From the NCBI GenBank assembly GCA_965140785.1, contig OZ223481.1, forward strand, positions 224,001-288,000: a DNA stretch of 64,000 bases, written 5' to 3'. Position numbers and translations under genes: made by a program. Within the stretch, counting starts at the first letter, position 1. Every line of letters begins with the position of its first letter. The notes beneath the pieces are model-generated. The model had not been told where the DNA came from. It searched no databases and saw nothing but the letters and a program-made list of their open reading frames with translations. Source of the DNA: an uncultured Ruficoccus sp. Its GTDB lineage: Bacteria; Verrucomicrobiota; Verrucomicrobiia; Opitutales; Cerasicoccaceae. This document shows, one piece after another, positions 49,862 to 58,855 of the stretch.

Positions 49862-51544
49862 TCATGGGGTAGTTGGCTCCAAGCCATCCGTGGGAGGTTT
49901 CTCCAGAGGAATTGCATCCGAAACAGATTGCTCTTCTGCCTCTGAGGGGTGTTCGTTAAGGGAGAAATATTTGAAAAGAACCTTGGCGCGATCGGTCGTT
50001 TCCTTGGCAAGAACATGTGTCTTGGGGTCAGCGGGCAGGTTCGCATGTTCGAGGCTCCAGCCGGGCCATTCGCGGAAAGAGTGGTAAGTCCAATCCCAAC
50101 CGTATTCCTCGAATATGCTAATCAAGTCGTCAAGATAGCGACTAGCCCCGGGAGCCCAGCGTACGACACTGAACTCGCCGACGTAGATATGGGCATTGGT
50201 ATCGAGCTGAAACTGGCGTACGGGCTGAAGCGCATCACGCAGGTAGTCCTTGTCGAAAGGCTTCCCGTGGATAACGCCCGGGTAATCAACCTGACGACTG
50301 GCGGCCGTTTCCCCCCAGGAATTGTGAACGCCCTGGTGCGTGTATTCGCCGGGTTGGTACATGTGCACCTGGTAGATGACATTGGGGATGTCCACCGGTG
50401 CCAACCAACGAAACTCGCTCGGATTACTCCATCCGTCCACCGTTATGCTGATAGCGGTATCCGGATCGATGGCACGGATGGCCTTGGCGGCAGCAATCTG
50501 AGTCCCCAGCCAGTCGTTGACGCCTTCGGGTGATGGCTGCAATTGCACAGGTTCATTGATCAAATCGTAGGCCCAAATGGCGGGGTGATATTTGTAACGG
50601 AACGCAATTTTCTCCCAGAGTTCAATGAAGTGCTCCTGATAAGGTTTTTCCAGGAACATCCGCATGCTCCTGTCTGACATACGGCCACCGGGAGGTGAAT
50701 GGATGTCAACGATGAGCTTGATGCCATGACGTTGCGCAGCGTCTGCTGCCTGGTCCAGTTCTTCCAGTTCCTGATTCATCCAACGGTCATACTCTTTCAA
50801 ATCCAGGTTTTGACCGGTCTTGCCCCAATTGCGGGTGATTTGCCAACGGACGAGGTTGACGTTCCATTCCTGGAGCGTGGCAAAGTCTTCCTCGCTAAAG
50901 CGATGGGGCGACATCACCCCGCGCAACCGCGGCAGGTCGTGCCCACGATAGACCGGGCCGGGATCCTCCGGCAAGGCAGGACGCTCGGCGATGGTCCGCC
51001 AGGCTATAAACTCAACATCGGTAAACCAAGCCGTGCCGGAGCAGTTCTGCAAACCGAGGTAAAGCTTGGCATCGGTGGCGTCCTCCGGCACAGGAATGAC
51101 AACACTGGTTTGGCGAAAATCAAAGGAACCGAAGAGGGATCCCTGCCCCAGCCAATGCTCGCCAGTCGATGGAGTTTTAAAGGCCAACATGCACTTAACC
51201 CCGTAGTAACTACGGTCCGGCTGGCTGACATCCTGCGCCTTAACCTTGGCGCGCATGAGCATCACCTGACCACGCCAGGGACGCAAGTCCACCGGGATGG
51301 TGAGGGCGTTTAGCCGGCTCGTATCTCCCTGCGGAGAAACGTGTGCCTTGAGACAGGCCGCATCCTCAGGCCCCGTCTTTTCCCAAGCAAACCCAGCGGG
51401 CAAGGGCATGGCCTGAACCTCTGGCGAAGCCATATCCACGCGATAGACGACTTTGGACGCGCTATCGTTTTGGCCCCTGGACAATGCCGGGGCGACCAAT
51501 GCCGCAGATACGGCAATTATTTGGGTAAGGGATCGAAGCGACAT
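49862..51544 (-). CDS. GH5-like glycoside hydrolase with N-terminal CBM-like module
   Basis: Signal peptide; NLVRW, IVDIH, AYDLINEP (acid/base), VHMY, IYVGEF (nucleophile) and WTYH. Confidence 0.87.
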   Translation of the reverse strand: MSLRSLTQIIAVSAALVAPALSRGQNDSASKVVYRVDMASPEVQAMPLPAGFAWEKTGPEDAACLKAHVSPQGDTSRLNALTIPVDLRPWRGQVMLMRAKVKAQDVSQPDRSYYGVKCMLAFKTPSTGEHWLGQGSLFGSFDFRQTSVVIPVPEDATDAKLYLGLQNCSGTAWFTDVEFIAWRTIAERPALPEDPGPVYRGHDLPRLRGVMSPHRFSEEDFATLQEWNVNLVRWQITRNWGKTGQNLDLKEYDRWMNQELEELDQAADAAQRHGIKLIVDIHSPPGGRMSDRSMRMFLEKPYQEHFIELWEKIAFRYKYHPAIWAYDLINEPVQLQPSPEGVNDWLGTQIAAAKAIRAIDPDTAISITVDGWSNPSEFRWLAPVDIPNVIYQVHMYQPGEYTHQGVHNSWGETAASRQVDYPGVIHGKPFDKDYLRDALQPVRQFQLDTNAHIYVGEFSVVRWAPGASRYLDDLISIFEEYGWDWTYHSFREWPGWSLEHANLPADPKTHVLAKETTDRAKVLFKYFSLNEHPSEAEEQSVSDAIPLEKPPTDGLEPTTP

Positions 51545-51549
51545 TGCTT

Positions 51550-52653
51550 TTAAGTGCTTTGGCGTACGACCAAGTCTCCACTGACCAGAATATCCTGGCT
51601 ATCCACGTTTGGCTTACCGGTGACCAGGTCTTCCAACAACTCATAGGCCTGCGCCCCCAGTTTCTCGAAGCTCACTCGATAGCTGGTCAGACCCAGTTCC
51701 TCGTTGCGGCTGTCATAGTCGTCAATACCGGCAACTTTAAATTGCTCGGGTACTTTGATGCCGCGTTCAGTGAGAACCTCCAGCAGACCATAGCTGATGA
51801 TGTCGTAGGCGCACACCACGCCGTCGACCTCGTCCAGTGCACCGGAGTCAAGATACTTGCGAGCCAAGGTCGTTGGAAACTTGAGACGGTCCGCGAAGTT
51901 GGTATCAATCGCCTTGTTTAACATGAATGACTTCGGCGGGATTTTGAGTCCGGCATTACGCAAGGCCCAACGATAGCCGAGCGAGCGGTCTCGTACGGAG
52001 ACACTCCAAGCCCGGTCGGAAAGAAAACCAATGCGCTTGCAGCCTTGCTCGATCAGGTGCTGTGTGACCGTGTAACCCGCGTGAAATCCATCGACAATAA
52101 CCGACGGGGCCTCCAGACCGTTCAGCGTTGAACCCGCCAGCACGATAGGCAGATGTGACGACTCCAGCACTTGAGAGAACTGCACCAGATGCTGAAAGCT
52201 GGGCACCATCGGGTGGATGATAGCCCCCTGTACCTCAAACTCGGCCAGGCGACTGATAAGCTCCATCTCACGGCGCGAATCGATGTCCGCCGTTAGCATG
52301 ACGATGCGTCGGTTTTTCTCCTGAGCACGTTGCTGAAACCCGCGCAACATCCGCCACAGGCCTTCGTGCTGGTCGCTGGGCGAAATGAAAGCAAAAGCGT
52401 TAAGGTCGAGTTCCTCCGCCTTAAGGCTTTTCTGATTGCGCAAGATACGCGTGCCGTCGCGGGGCTTACGCTCGACTAACCCCTCATGCACCAGCAGAGC
52501 CACAGCCTTACTGATGGTCCCAGTGCTGCACTGGAATCGCTCAGACAATTCTTTCTCGGTCGGCAGCTTATCATTGATTTCACCCGACAACACTTCCTTG
52601 CGGAGTTGCTGGCTGATGATGGACTGCTTTCTCGAATTTTTAACTCTGGTCAT
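51550..52653 (-). CDS. GntR-HTH / LacI-type sugar-binding regulator (AraR-like)
   Basis: KLPTE.ELS.RF..S..TI.KA...L..EGLV.R, followed by a periplasmic-binding-like domain (RIGF, GIKVPE...VAGIDD). Confidence 0.88.
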   Translation of the reverse strand: MTRVKNSRKQSIISQQLRKEVLSGEINDKLPTEKELSERFQCSTGTISKAVALLVHEGLVERKPRDGTRILRNQKSLKAEELDLNAFAFISPSDQHEGLWRMLRGFQQRAQEKNRRIVMLTADIDSRREMELISRLAEFEVQGAIIHPMVPSFQHLVQFSQVLESSHLPIVLAGSTLNGLEAPSVIVDGFHAGYTVTQHLIEQGCKRIGFLSDRAWSVSVRDRSLGYRWALRNAGLKIPPKSFMLNKAIDTNFADRLKFPTTLARKYLDSGALDEVDGVVCAYDIISYGLLEVLTERGIKVPEQFKVAGIDDYDSRNEELGLTSYRVSFEKLGAQAYELLEDLVTGKPNVDSQDILVSGDLVVRQST

Positions 52654-52688
52654 GATAGGATCATTATATCAGGCACACGTATGAATGG

Positions 52689-53855
52689 TTACTTGTGGGA
52701 GCGAAACAGCTCTACGGTATCGACGTAGATTTCACCGGTCACATTTTCCAAGCCAATCGAAAGGCGAAGGCTTACGGTGTTATCCGGAATATACACATTC
52801 CAATCAATGTCGGTCCAGTCGAAGGAGCCCACGGGCAAATGGTATTGCGGGTAGTCCATGACTCCCTCGGCATTCTCCACGCGCAACATGATTTTAATGC
52901 CGTTCCAGTTATTGGGTTTTTCCGACACGTCCTCGGCCTTCACGCGTGTCTTAACCGTAAGGTAGCCGCCCTTGATTTCGTCGACCGGCAGGTCGAGGTG
53001 GTACATAGAAGATTTGTTGGGCGTCTTTTGTTTGACGTGCGCCTTGCCTCCCTGCGCGGGAGAAATCGGATGCCAGTCGTTGGTCGAAGACGCAGACCAG
53101 TCTTCCTTTATCGACCATGCGACACGGCCATCACCCGTTGCCGAGCTTTCCACCTCCTCGTTGGTGTAGGCACTCCAGAGCGCATCGGCCATAGCCTGCA
53201 TTCCCTTATCACCGGGATGCCAATTAACTCCCTTGTTGGTAAATCGGCCTTCCGTACCTGCCTGGTTGGCAGGGTCAGCATTGGCAGCACTCAAGCTGAC
53301 AAAATCAGCGTCATATTTTTCGCACAGCTGTTGGATGATGGCATCCTTTTCTGTATTGCCACGTGTAGGCGACCAAACACCAAAGCAGAAAATCTGCGCT
53401 TTGGGATTACCTTTGCGAAGTGCTTCCAGAATACGTCCATAATCACGACGGAAGCCCACGCCATGGTCATGCAGCTTGTCATTTTCCCCCATTTGCACGA
53501 CGGCGATGTCCGCATTGGCCGAAGCAAAGTCGTCCAGAAACTTCAATTGCCCGGCAAGTGTTCCACCGCCTTTTGCATAGACAGAAAGCTCCGGCTCGCG
53601 GCCTTGCTGTTCGGCCAGCTTGGCCATGAACAGATGAACGTAATCCTTGTCCTCGGCAGAAGCGGCCATGCCGTAGTTGCCCGACCAGTCGAGCTTGGCG
53701 ATGTTGGGGGCGTGCTGTGTGATGCTATCGCCAATAAAAATGACTTTTTCAATTTTCTGCCCGGCAAAAGCCGAGCAAATAGAAAACAGAATAGCAATCA
53801 GGCAGGCCGTCCGGCGGGTAATGATTTGAATTCCTTGCGTGGATGGGTATTTCAT
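52689..53855 (-). CDS. Secreted SGNH esterase with C-terminal CBM-like module
   Basis: Signal peptide; FIGDSIT.H, GMAAS....DYVH, GEND and HPGD.GM. Confidence 0.85.
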   Translation of the reverse strand: MKYPSTQGIQIITRRTACLIAILFSICSAFAGQKIEKVIFIGDSITQHAPNIAKLDWSGNYGMAASAEDKDYVHLFMAKLAEQQGREPELSVYAKGGGTLAGQLKFLDDFASANADIAVVQMGENDKLHDHGVGFRRDYGRILEALRKGNPKAQIFCFGVWSPTRGNTEKDAIIQQLCEKYDADFVSLSAANADPANQAGTEGRFTNKGVNWHPGDKGMQAMADALWSAYTNEEVESSATGDGRVAWSIKEDWSASSTNDWHPISPAQGGKAHVKQKTPNKSSMYHLDLPVDEIKGGYLTVKTRVKAEDVSEKPNNWNGIKIMLRVENAEGVMDYPQYHLPVGSFDWTDIDWNVYIPDNTVSLRLSIGLENVTGEIYVDTVELFRSHK

Positions 53856-53867
53856 AATAGTCGAAGA

Positions 53868-55649
53868 TTATCGTGGAGACTTTGCGATAAGGTGTTCATC
53901 CGAGTTATCGGAGTATGCAGATTCAAAAAGACTTATGTGCCCGCCGGGGCCATCCAGTTCAGTAACAAGATTACCCCACCCAGAATTGAGCCAAGGGCTT
54001 TCCAGTGCCGGATAATCCAGATCCAGTGCCTGCCCGTTCAGGCAACGCTTCCCCTGAGCATCCATGGTCAATTCATTCCCCTGAGCGGATTTGTAGCAAA
54101 GCTTCAGACTGTCTGCATCGAAGGCAAATGTACTACGACGCACACGCTCAATAAAGGCATCGAAATCGCCATCCTCAGACATGCGCCCGACCTCGCAGGC
54201 CATGCCGTGGCGAGCGCCTTCGAGAATGATTTCGCGCCGGGCCCATTCCCCGGATTCAGTCCAGGAGTAAGGCGCACTCAAGCGTAAAGCTGCGTAAGCG
54301 CTTCCGGCACGAACAAAGATTACGTCGGGCTCTTCGCGCAGCTCGTCGAAGGACTCGCGGGGCAAGTAAATATGGATGTACTGACACGGTTGACTCGACG
54401 GGATGTCGTAAAGGGCCAGCAGGCAATTGCGCTCCTGCATAAAGTGTCCACAACCGCAGCAGCGATCCCCGGTCCAGTGGTTGTGCAGGGGGTCCTTGCC
54501 GGGATGATGAGCAAAGAGGCGAGCGGTGTCTGAAGTGGCGAAACTGAGATCCCAATCGTGCTGTTGATGCCAGGGGTAGGCCGTGGTTTCTATTTGATCT
54601 GCGGGGATGGTATAGTTGCGAATGTGGCCGTGTACGGGCGTGCCTTGAGGATAAGCATCCTGGAACTGCACGCACCCCAGCATATAATCCGGCGTCCAGT
54701 AGGTGTATTTGCGAATACTGCCAGCGAGAGGTTCAACGGGAAGGATATCGGCCAGGTTGTGCAAGAGTTTGCGCGATTTGAGCACAAAGGAGGCGCCTTC
54801 GGATTCCGGACTAAGGGCTAGGACAGACTTGCGAGGACGGTAGCGGGTCGAAACCAGATCGACGACATAGCCGTTCATGTTACTGGTCGGTGCAGACACC
54901 GACCCCCAATACAGATAGTGGAGCGAACGAGTAACCTCGTAACTATGGTCTAATGCTTCAGCAGGTTGGATGCGCCCTTGGGCTCCCCCCTGCCGACCAT
55001 ACAAGGACTCCACCTGCATCTCAGCCAAAAGCAAATCGAGGGAATCCCGGGCTAAACTTTGCAAAGAGGAGTCGGGGCTAAAATCGTACAGCGTCAGCAG
55101 GCATTCCCAAACCGCCATCAGGTAGTGGGAAGAGTTAAATTCCCCCCAGCCATGCCGGGCACGATACTCCAAAAAGCGTTTGAGCCAAAGCCCGTCCTCT
55201 GCGCTGAGCGTGGCACCCGTCTCGCCGTAAGCTTCAAAGTGCGCTTGCGGCAAGGCACTGCCCATCAAATAAAGGCTGGAGTGAAAGAGTAGGGCGTGAT
55301 TTTCGGACTGGTATTTACTGGCGAAATTATTCTGAGTGAAGAACTGCTCGATAGCCGTAGCCACTTCTACAGGTAATTGCTTTTCAGGCACGAACAAATG
55401 CCAGGCCCGGCAGAGCTTAATCGCGCCGAAATCTACCTCGTTGATCTTTTGAACATGAGTCGGGTCGATGCCCTCAAACCAACTGGCGACATGCGCTAGC
55501 TCACGAAAGGCATCCTCGTGCTCCTGCTCCAGGAGCAATAACTGAATCGCGCGAGCACCGAACGGTTCTGGCTCCAGCTCACCCGCCAAAAGCGTGCGGC
55601 GCCGGGCTTCGTAATCTTTGTCAATGATGGTATGGGTGGCGGGTTGCAT
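53868..55649 (-). CDS. Hypothetical protein, possibly heparinase II/III-like fold
   Basis: Helical N-half with SENH and GW.EFNS..Y, beta-rich C-half (YTYWTPDYMLG, QQH.W); operonic. Confidence 0.6.
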   Translation of the reverse strand: MQPATHTIIDKDYEARRRTLLAGELEPEPFGARAIQLLLLEQEHEDAFRELAHVASWFEGIDPTHVQKINEVDFGAIKLCRAWHLFVPEKQLPVEVATAIEQFFTQNNFASKYQSENHALLFHSSLYLMGSALPQAHFEAYGETGATLSAEDGLWLKRFLEYRARHGWGEFNSSHYLMAVWECLLTLYDFSPDSSLQSLARDSLDLLLAEMQVESLYGRQGGAQGRIQPAEALDHSYEVTRSLHYLYWGSVSAPTSNMNGYVVDLVSTRYRPRKSVLALSPESEGASFVLKSRKLLHNLADILPVEPLAGSIRKYTYWTPDYMLGCVQFQDAYPQGTPVHGHIRNYTIPADQIETTAYPWHQQHDWDLSFATSDTARLFAHHPGKDPLHNHWTGDRCCGCGHFMQERNCLLALYDIPSSQPCQYIHIYLPRESFDELREEPDVIFVRAGSAYAALRLSAPYSWTESGEWARREIILEGARHGMACEVGRMSEDGDFDAFIERVRRSTFAFDADSLKLCYKSAQGNELTMDAQGKRCLNGQALDLDYPALESPWLNSGWGNLVTELDGPGGHISLFESAYSDNSDEHLIAKSPR

Positions 55650-55650
55650 C

Positions 55651-56358
55651 TTAGTCAGTGTCCCACAGTTCGTCGTTTGCGGTGAAGCTGGAGTCACCGG
55701 TTTCGGAGGTTACGTGTCCATCAAACCAAAGTACGTTGGCGGTATTTCCCGGGTGGCGGAACGCAGTCTTGAATGGCGCGTTGCTGTCCCAAGCCCCTTC
55801 CCACATGGAAGGCGGGCGAACAAACGGACGCCATTGATCATTGTCCCCCCGTGTGACATCCGTCATGAATACCGTCTGGGCAGGATTGGCCACCACCGTG
55901 TTCTTACGCACAACGACACGTAGCATCGGCCCTAAATCCTTGCTGAAAGTAGAAAGCCAATTGTAGTTGTGGCCGTAGCCGAAAACCTCTGGATTTTCCG
56001 GGCAAATAAAAATCGGCTGAGATTGATAAGAGGGATATGAGCCCTGTGACGTGTCATAATCCAAATAAGGTGCCAAGAGGCCCGTCCAGTGCGTCATGGC
56101 TAGAGGGTCAGACGAGTTGTCGCGCGGATAATACATGGGCAGGATGTCGCCGTTGTGTTCGTTTGTGTACAGCTTGGCCAGCACACCGATTTGCCGGAGA
56201 TTGGATTGGCATTTCGTAGTATTCGAGCGGGCTACAATACTACCGACGACCGGAATAATTATGGCGGCCAAAATCGCAATGCAGGCGATGACCGTTAACA
56301 ACTCGACAAGGGTAAAGGCCTGTTTCGAATATCGGCTATGACACAAGGATGCTGACAT
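55651..56358 (-). CDS. Prepilin N-methylation protein with DUF1559 and H-X9-DG motif
   Basis: AFTLVELL.VIA.IAILAAI..P, C.SNLRQIG, F.CP and FRH..TANVLWFDGHV. Confidence 0.9.
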   Translation of the reverse strand: MSASLCHSRYSKQAFTLVELLTVIACIAILAAIIIPVVGSIVARSNTTKCQSNLRQIGVLAKLYTNEHNGDILPMYYPRDNSSDPLAMTHWTGLLAPYLDYDTSQGSYPSYQSQPIFICPENPEVFGYGHNYNWLSTFSKDLGPMLRVVVRKNTVVANPAQTVFMTDVTRGDNDQWRPFVRPPSMWEGAWDSNAPFKTAFRHPGNTANVLWFDGHVTSETGDSSFTANDELWDTD

Positions 56359-56464
56359 GATGGGGTCGCGTTGAACAGGCAGGGCCATTGTACTCGCGGG
56401 ATAGGCGAGCAAGTCTAATTCTTCCCCTCAAAAAAGAGAGAGGGGAGGGGACGCAACGGACAGC

Positions 56465-57358
56465 CTAGGATTGCCGACGACGACGCATCCAGGCGAGTCC
56501 GATGGCAATCAGGCCCAGCATTGCGGCGTAATGCCCCGGCTCGGGTACGAGCGAAGTGACCATAAAATTATCGAAGTTGTAGTTTAACTCATCACCATTG
56601 GAACTGTAGATGCCGAGTCGGCCAAAATTGTTTTCCGTAGTTTCAATCGTCCCGCCACTGGTGGAGGCACCCAGGTTGAGAAGTGTGGTGAAGGAGCGAT
56701 CATGGTCACCGCCACCGTCCACGAAGAAAGCCACGGAGTTGGCCGCTAAAGATTCGGTAGAGCCGGTTATGGGGTCGATATAGGAAATAGCTTGTGAATC
56801 GAGGTCATTGACCACCATGGTGAATTTTACTCGCTCGTCCTCACCGGCAACAAACGAGAAAAGATTAGGCCCGGCAGTGCCATTTCCAATAAAACCGACC
56901 AAACCATTATTGCGCAGGCGGACCTCCGAATAATAAAGACTCGTGTCATTAAAGACCATTGAGGTCGAAGGATTATAAGCACCCAGCAGGATGGAGAATC
57001 GACTGTTGTCAGTCGGAGCCGATGCCGTTGGCAAACGCGCTAAATCGAAGCTCACCATGAAAGTCGACTGCCCGCTGGATGAGTCCGAAACGAAATTATA
57101 TTCCAAGGAGGTGGCTGAGCCGTTATTGTTATACATGGCCACACCGTTACCCGTGCTTCCACCGGCGGGGTTATTCGCGCCCGTTACCACCTGAACGGTG
57201 TTGCTTGGCGTGTTGGATCCAGGGGTAAGGGCAGTCTGCCCTGTCGGCTGCTCCCCAACCGTTTGGCCAGATTCAAAATTCTCGGAAAAAAGCACTTCGC
57301 CTGAAAGCGGCGCGGAAGCGAGGATCGCGAGACAACTAATAAGATAGGGTATTTTCAT
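56465..57358 (-). CDS. PEP-CTERM sorting-domain surface protein
   Basis: Signal peptide; LFSENFE...FDNF.V beta-sandwich; VPEP + TM + RRRR. Confidence 0.9.
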   Translation of the reverse strand: MKIPYLISCLAILASAPLSGEVLFSENFESGQTVGEQPTGQTALTPGSNTPSNTVQVVTGANNPAGGSTGNGVAMYNNNGSATSLEYNFVSDSSSGQSTFMVSFDLARLPTASAPTDNSRFSILLGAYNPSTSMVFNDTSLYYSEVRLRNNGLVGFIGNGTAGPNLFSFVAGEDERVKFTMVVNDLDSQAISYIDPITGSTESLAANSVAFFVDGGGDHDRSFTTLLNLGASTSGGTIETTENNFGRLGIYSSNGDELNYNFDNFMVTSLVPEPGHYAAMLGLIAIGLAWMRRRRQS

Positions 57359-58039
57359 TGGGTAGTGTGTTTTAAGGGTGATAAGTGCCGAATTAAAGTC
57401 ACTCAATTTTAATTAACTCACTTAGTCAATATATAAATCTCTTAATTGACGGGCCACTTCGATTAACCTCGCTGCGACCGCCGCAAGCAGAGACATTTTG
57501 CTATGCGCGTAAAGACTGGCAGCGAGCAGAGTAAGGGCGGTCGGATCCGGTGGTGTCCGTTGTTGATGCTCCAGGCCTTAGGCACTGTCCGCAAATCTGC
57601 TCAATATCCCAATACTCGCGCCAGCGTAGTCGGCACTTGAGCCCCGATGGTTTACACAAAGTACGAGCCCATGTGAGATGCAGAGAGCGTTGTTTTGGAT
57701 AGTTTGAGTAATATTTTAATTATTCAAGTAACAGTCTTCCATTTTTAATGGCCCTGGGATGCTTAATTTTACGTAGTATAGAGGGCAGGGTTCTATTTTA
57801 AGAATGGATATCCTCGGACTCATTGCAGGCATGGCTTGGCTCCTGATTGACGAGTCAAGAGAGCTCAAGAAAAAGAAACCCTGACGCATACATCTTAACC
57901 CTGCAATCATGAGAAATCGGCATCGGGATAGGGGGCTGCGTCTCTTCCAGTTTGCAGTGGCTACCGTCCGCTCCATCTGCTCCTCTGGCAAGGAGGACAA
58001 ACCCACCCGCCCGTAAGCGGCGAAGAAGAGTCGTAAACA

Positions 58040-58511
58040 GTGAGACCCTTGGGTGCATTTAAACTCTACCCGCTGCTCGTCCTGTTTTTTTGGCCCGGGG
58101 CAAACCTCCATGCGGCCCGGCATCACCCCGAGTCCTATTACCGGGGCTGGGCCGCTGCCGAACTCTGTGGTAAAACCGAGGTTGTCCTTCCCAACGATAC
58201 CCGCTGCGACATCTTCACGGATCAATACGCGGTCGGAGGTGGACTTCGCCGACAAGTGGGCCGAAGCCCTCGGCCAGTGTCTAAACTAAGCCGCCCAGAC
58301 TAACCCCCAACCGGGCATCGTGCTCATTCTCGAATCCCCCGATGACAAACGCCACCTCGCCCGTCTGCAAGCGATCGTCGAGTACTACCGGCTGCCCGTC
58401 AGCATCATGCCGCTTTACGGTTTTATACCCTCAGCATTTGAACCCAAAAAGATGGAGCCTCCCTGGCTAAAATCCCCACCCGTGCCGACCGACGAGGGTG
58501 CCCGTAGTTGA
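58040..58511 (+). pseudogene. Disrupted exported PD-(D/E)xK-like protein
   Basis: Joined frames read signal peptide, HPESYY, EV.L...TRCDI.T..YAV/EVDFADKWAEALGQ.L, TAA at 58287-58289, then PGIVLILE. Frameshift near 58236. Confidence 0.6.
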
Positions 58512-58630
58512 TTTCTAGCAGTTTTTCTAATTGGACATATTAAATTTAAGTATATCAAGTTTATTTCTTGTATGCTTTTCTGTGATGCTGTTTATCCTTT
58601 TTTGGACACCTCACAATAAACTTACCCGCT

Positions 58631-58837
58631 ATGAAAACTGCTGTTTTGCCCCTTGTTGTCTTGTTCGCTATCCCGTCTGTCCTGTGTGCTCAGGAGCCCT
58701 CTGGGGGGACTCTGATTGAGATGTCCGGGGTGGGGGGATTTATGCTGACGGCGTACTTGCTGATGTTTTTCGGGCGTAAGAACCCGGACGGAAAGCTGGC
58801 GCGTTTCGCCTCCAGGATTTTCCCCCACAAGCGCTAA
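58631..58837 (+). CDS. Small exported/membrane protein (68 aa)
   Basis: Signal peptide + QEPS + TM + basic tail; ends 18 nt before the next ATG. Confidence 0.6.
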   Translation: MKTAVLPLVVLFAIPSVLCAQEPSGGTLIEMSGVGGFMLTAYLLMFFGRKNPDGKLARFASRIFPHKR

Positions 58838-58855
58838 CCGCGGAAAGGCATCCCC

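Noticed and set aside
52695..54287. 530-aa plus-strand ORF in the island
   Set aside because: Antisense to two motif-bearing operonic genes; no recognisable features.
57578..57596. TAGGCACTGTCCGCAAAT, resembling an IS terminal repeat
   Set aside because: No partner repeat or transposase found nearby; cannot be supported.
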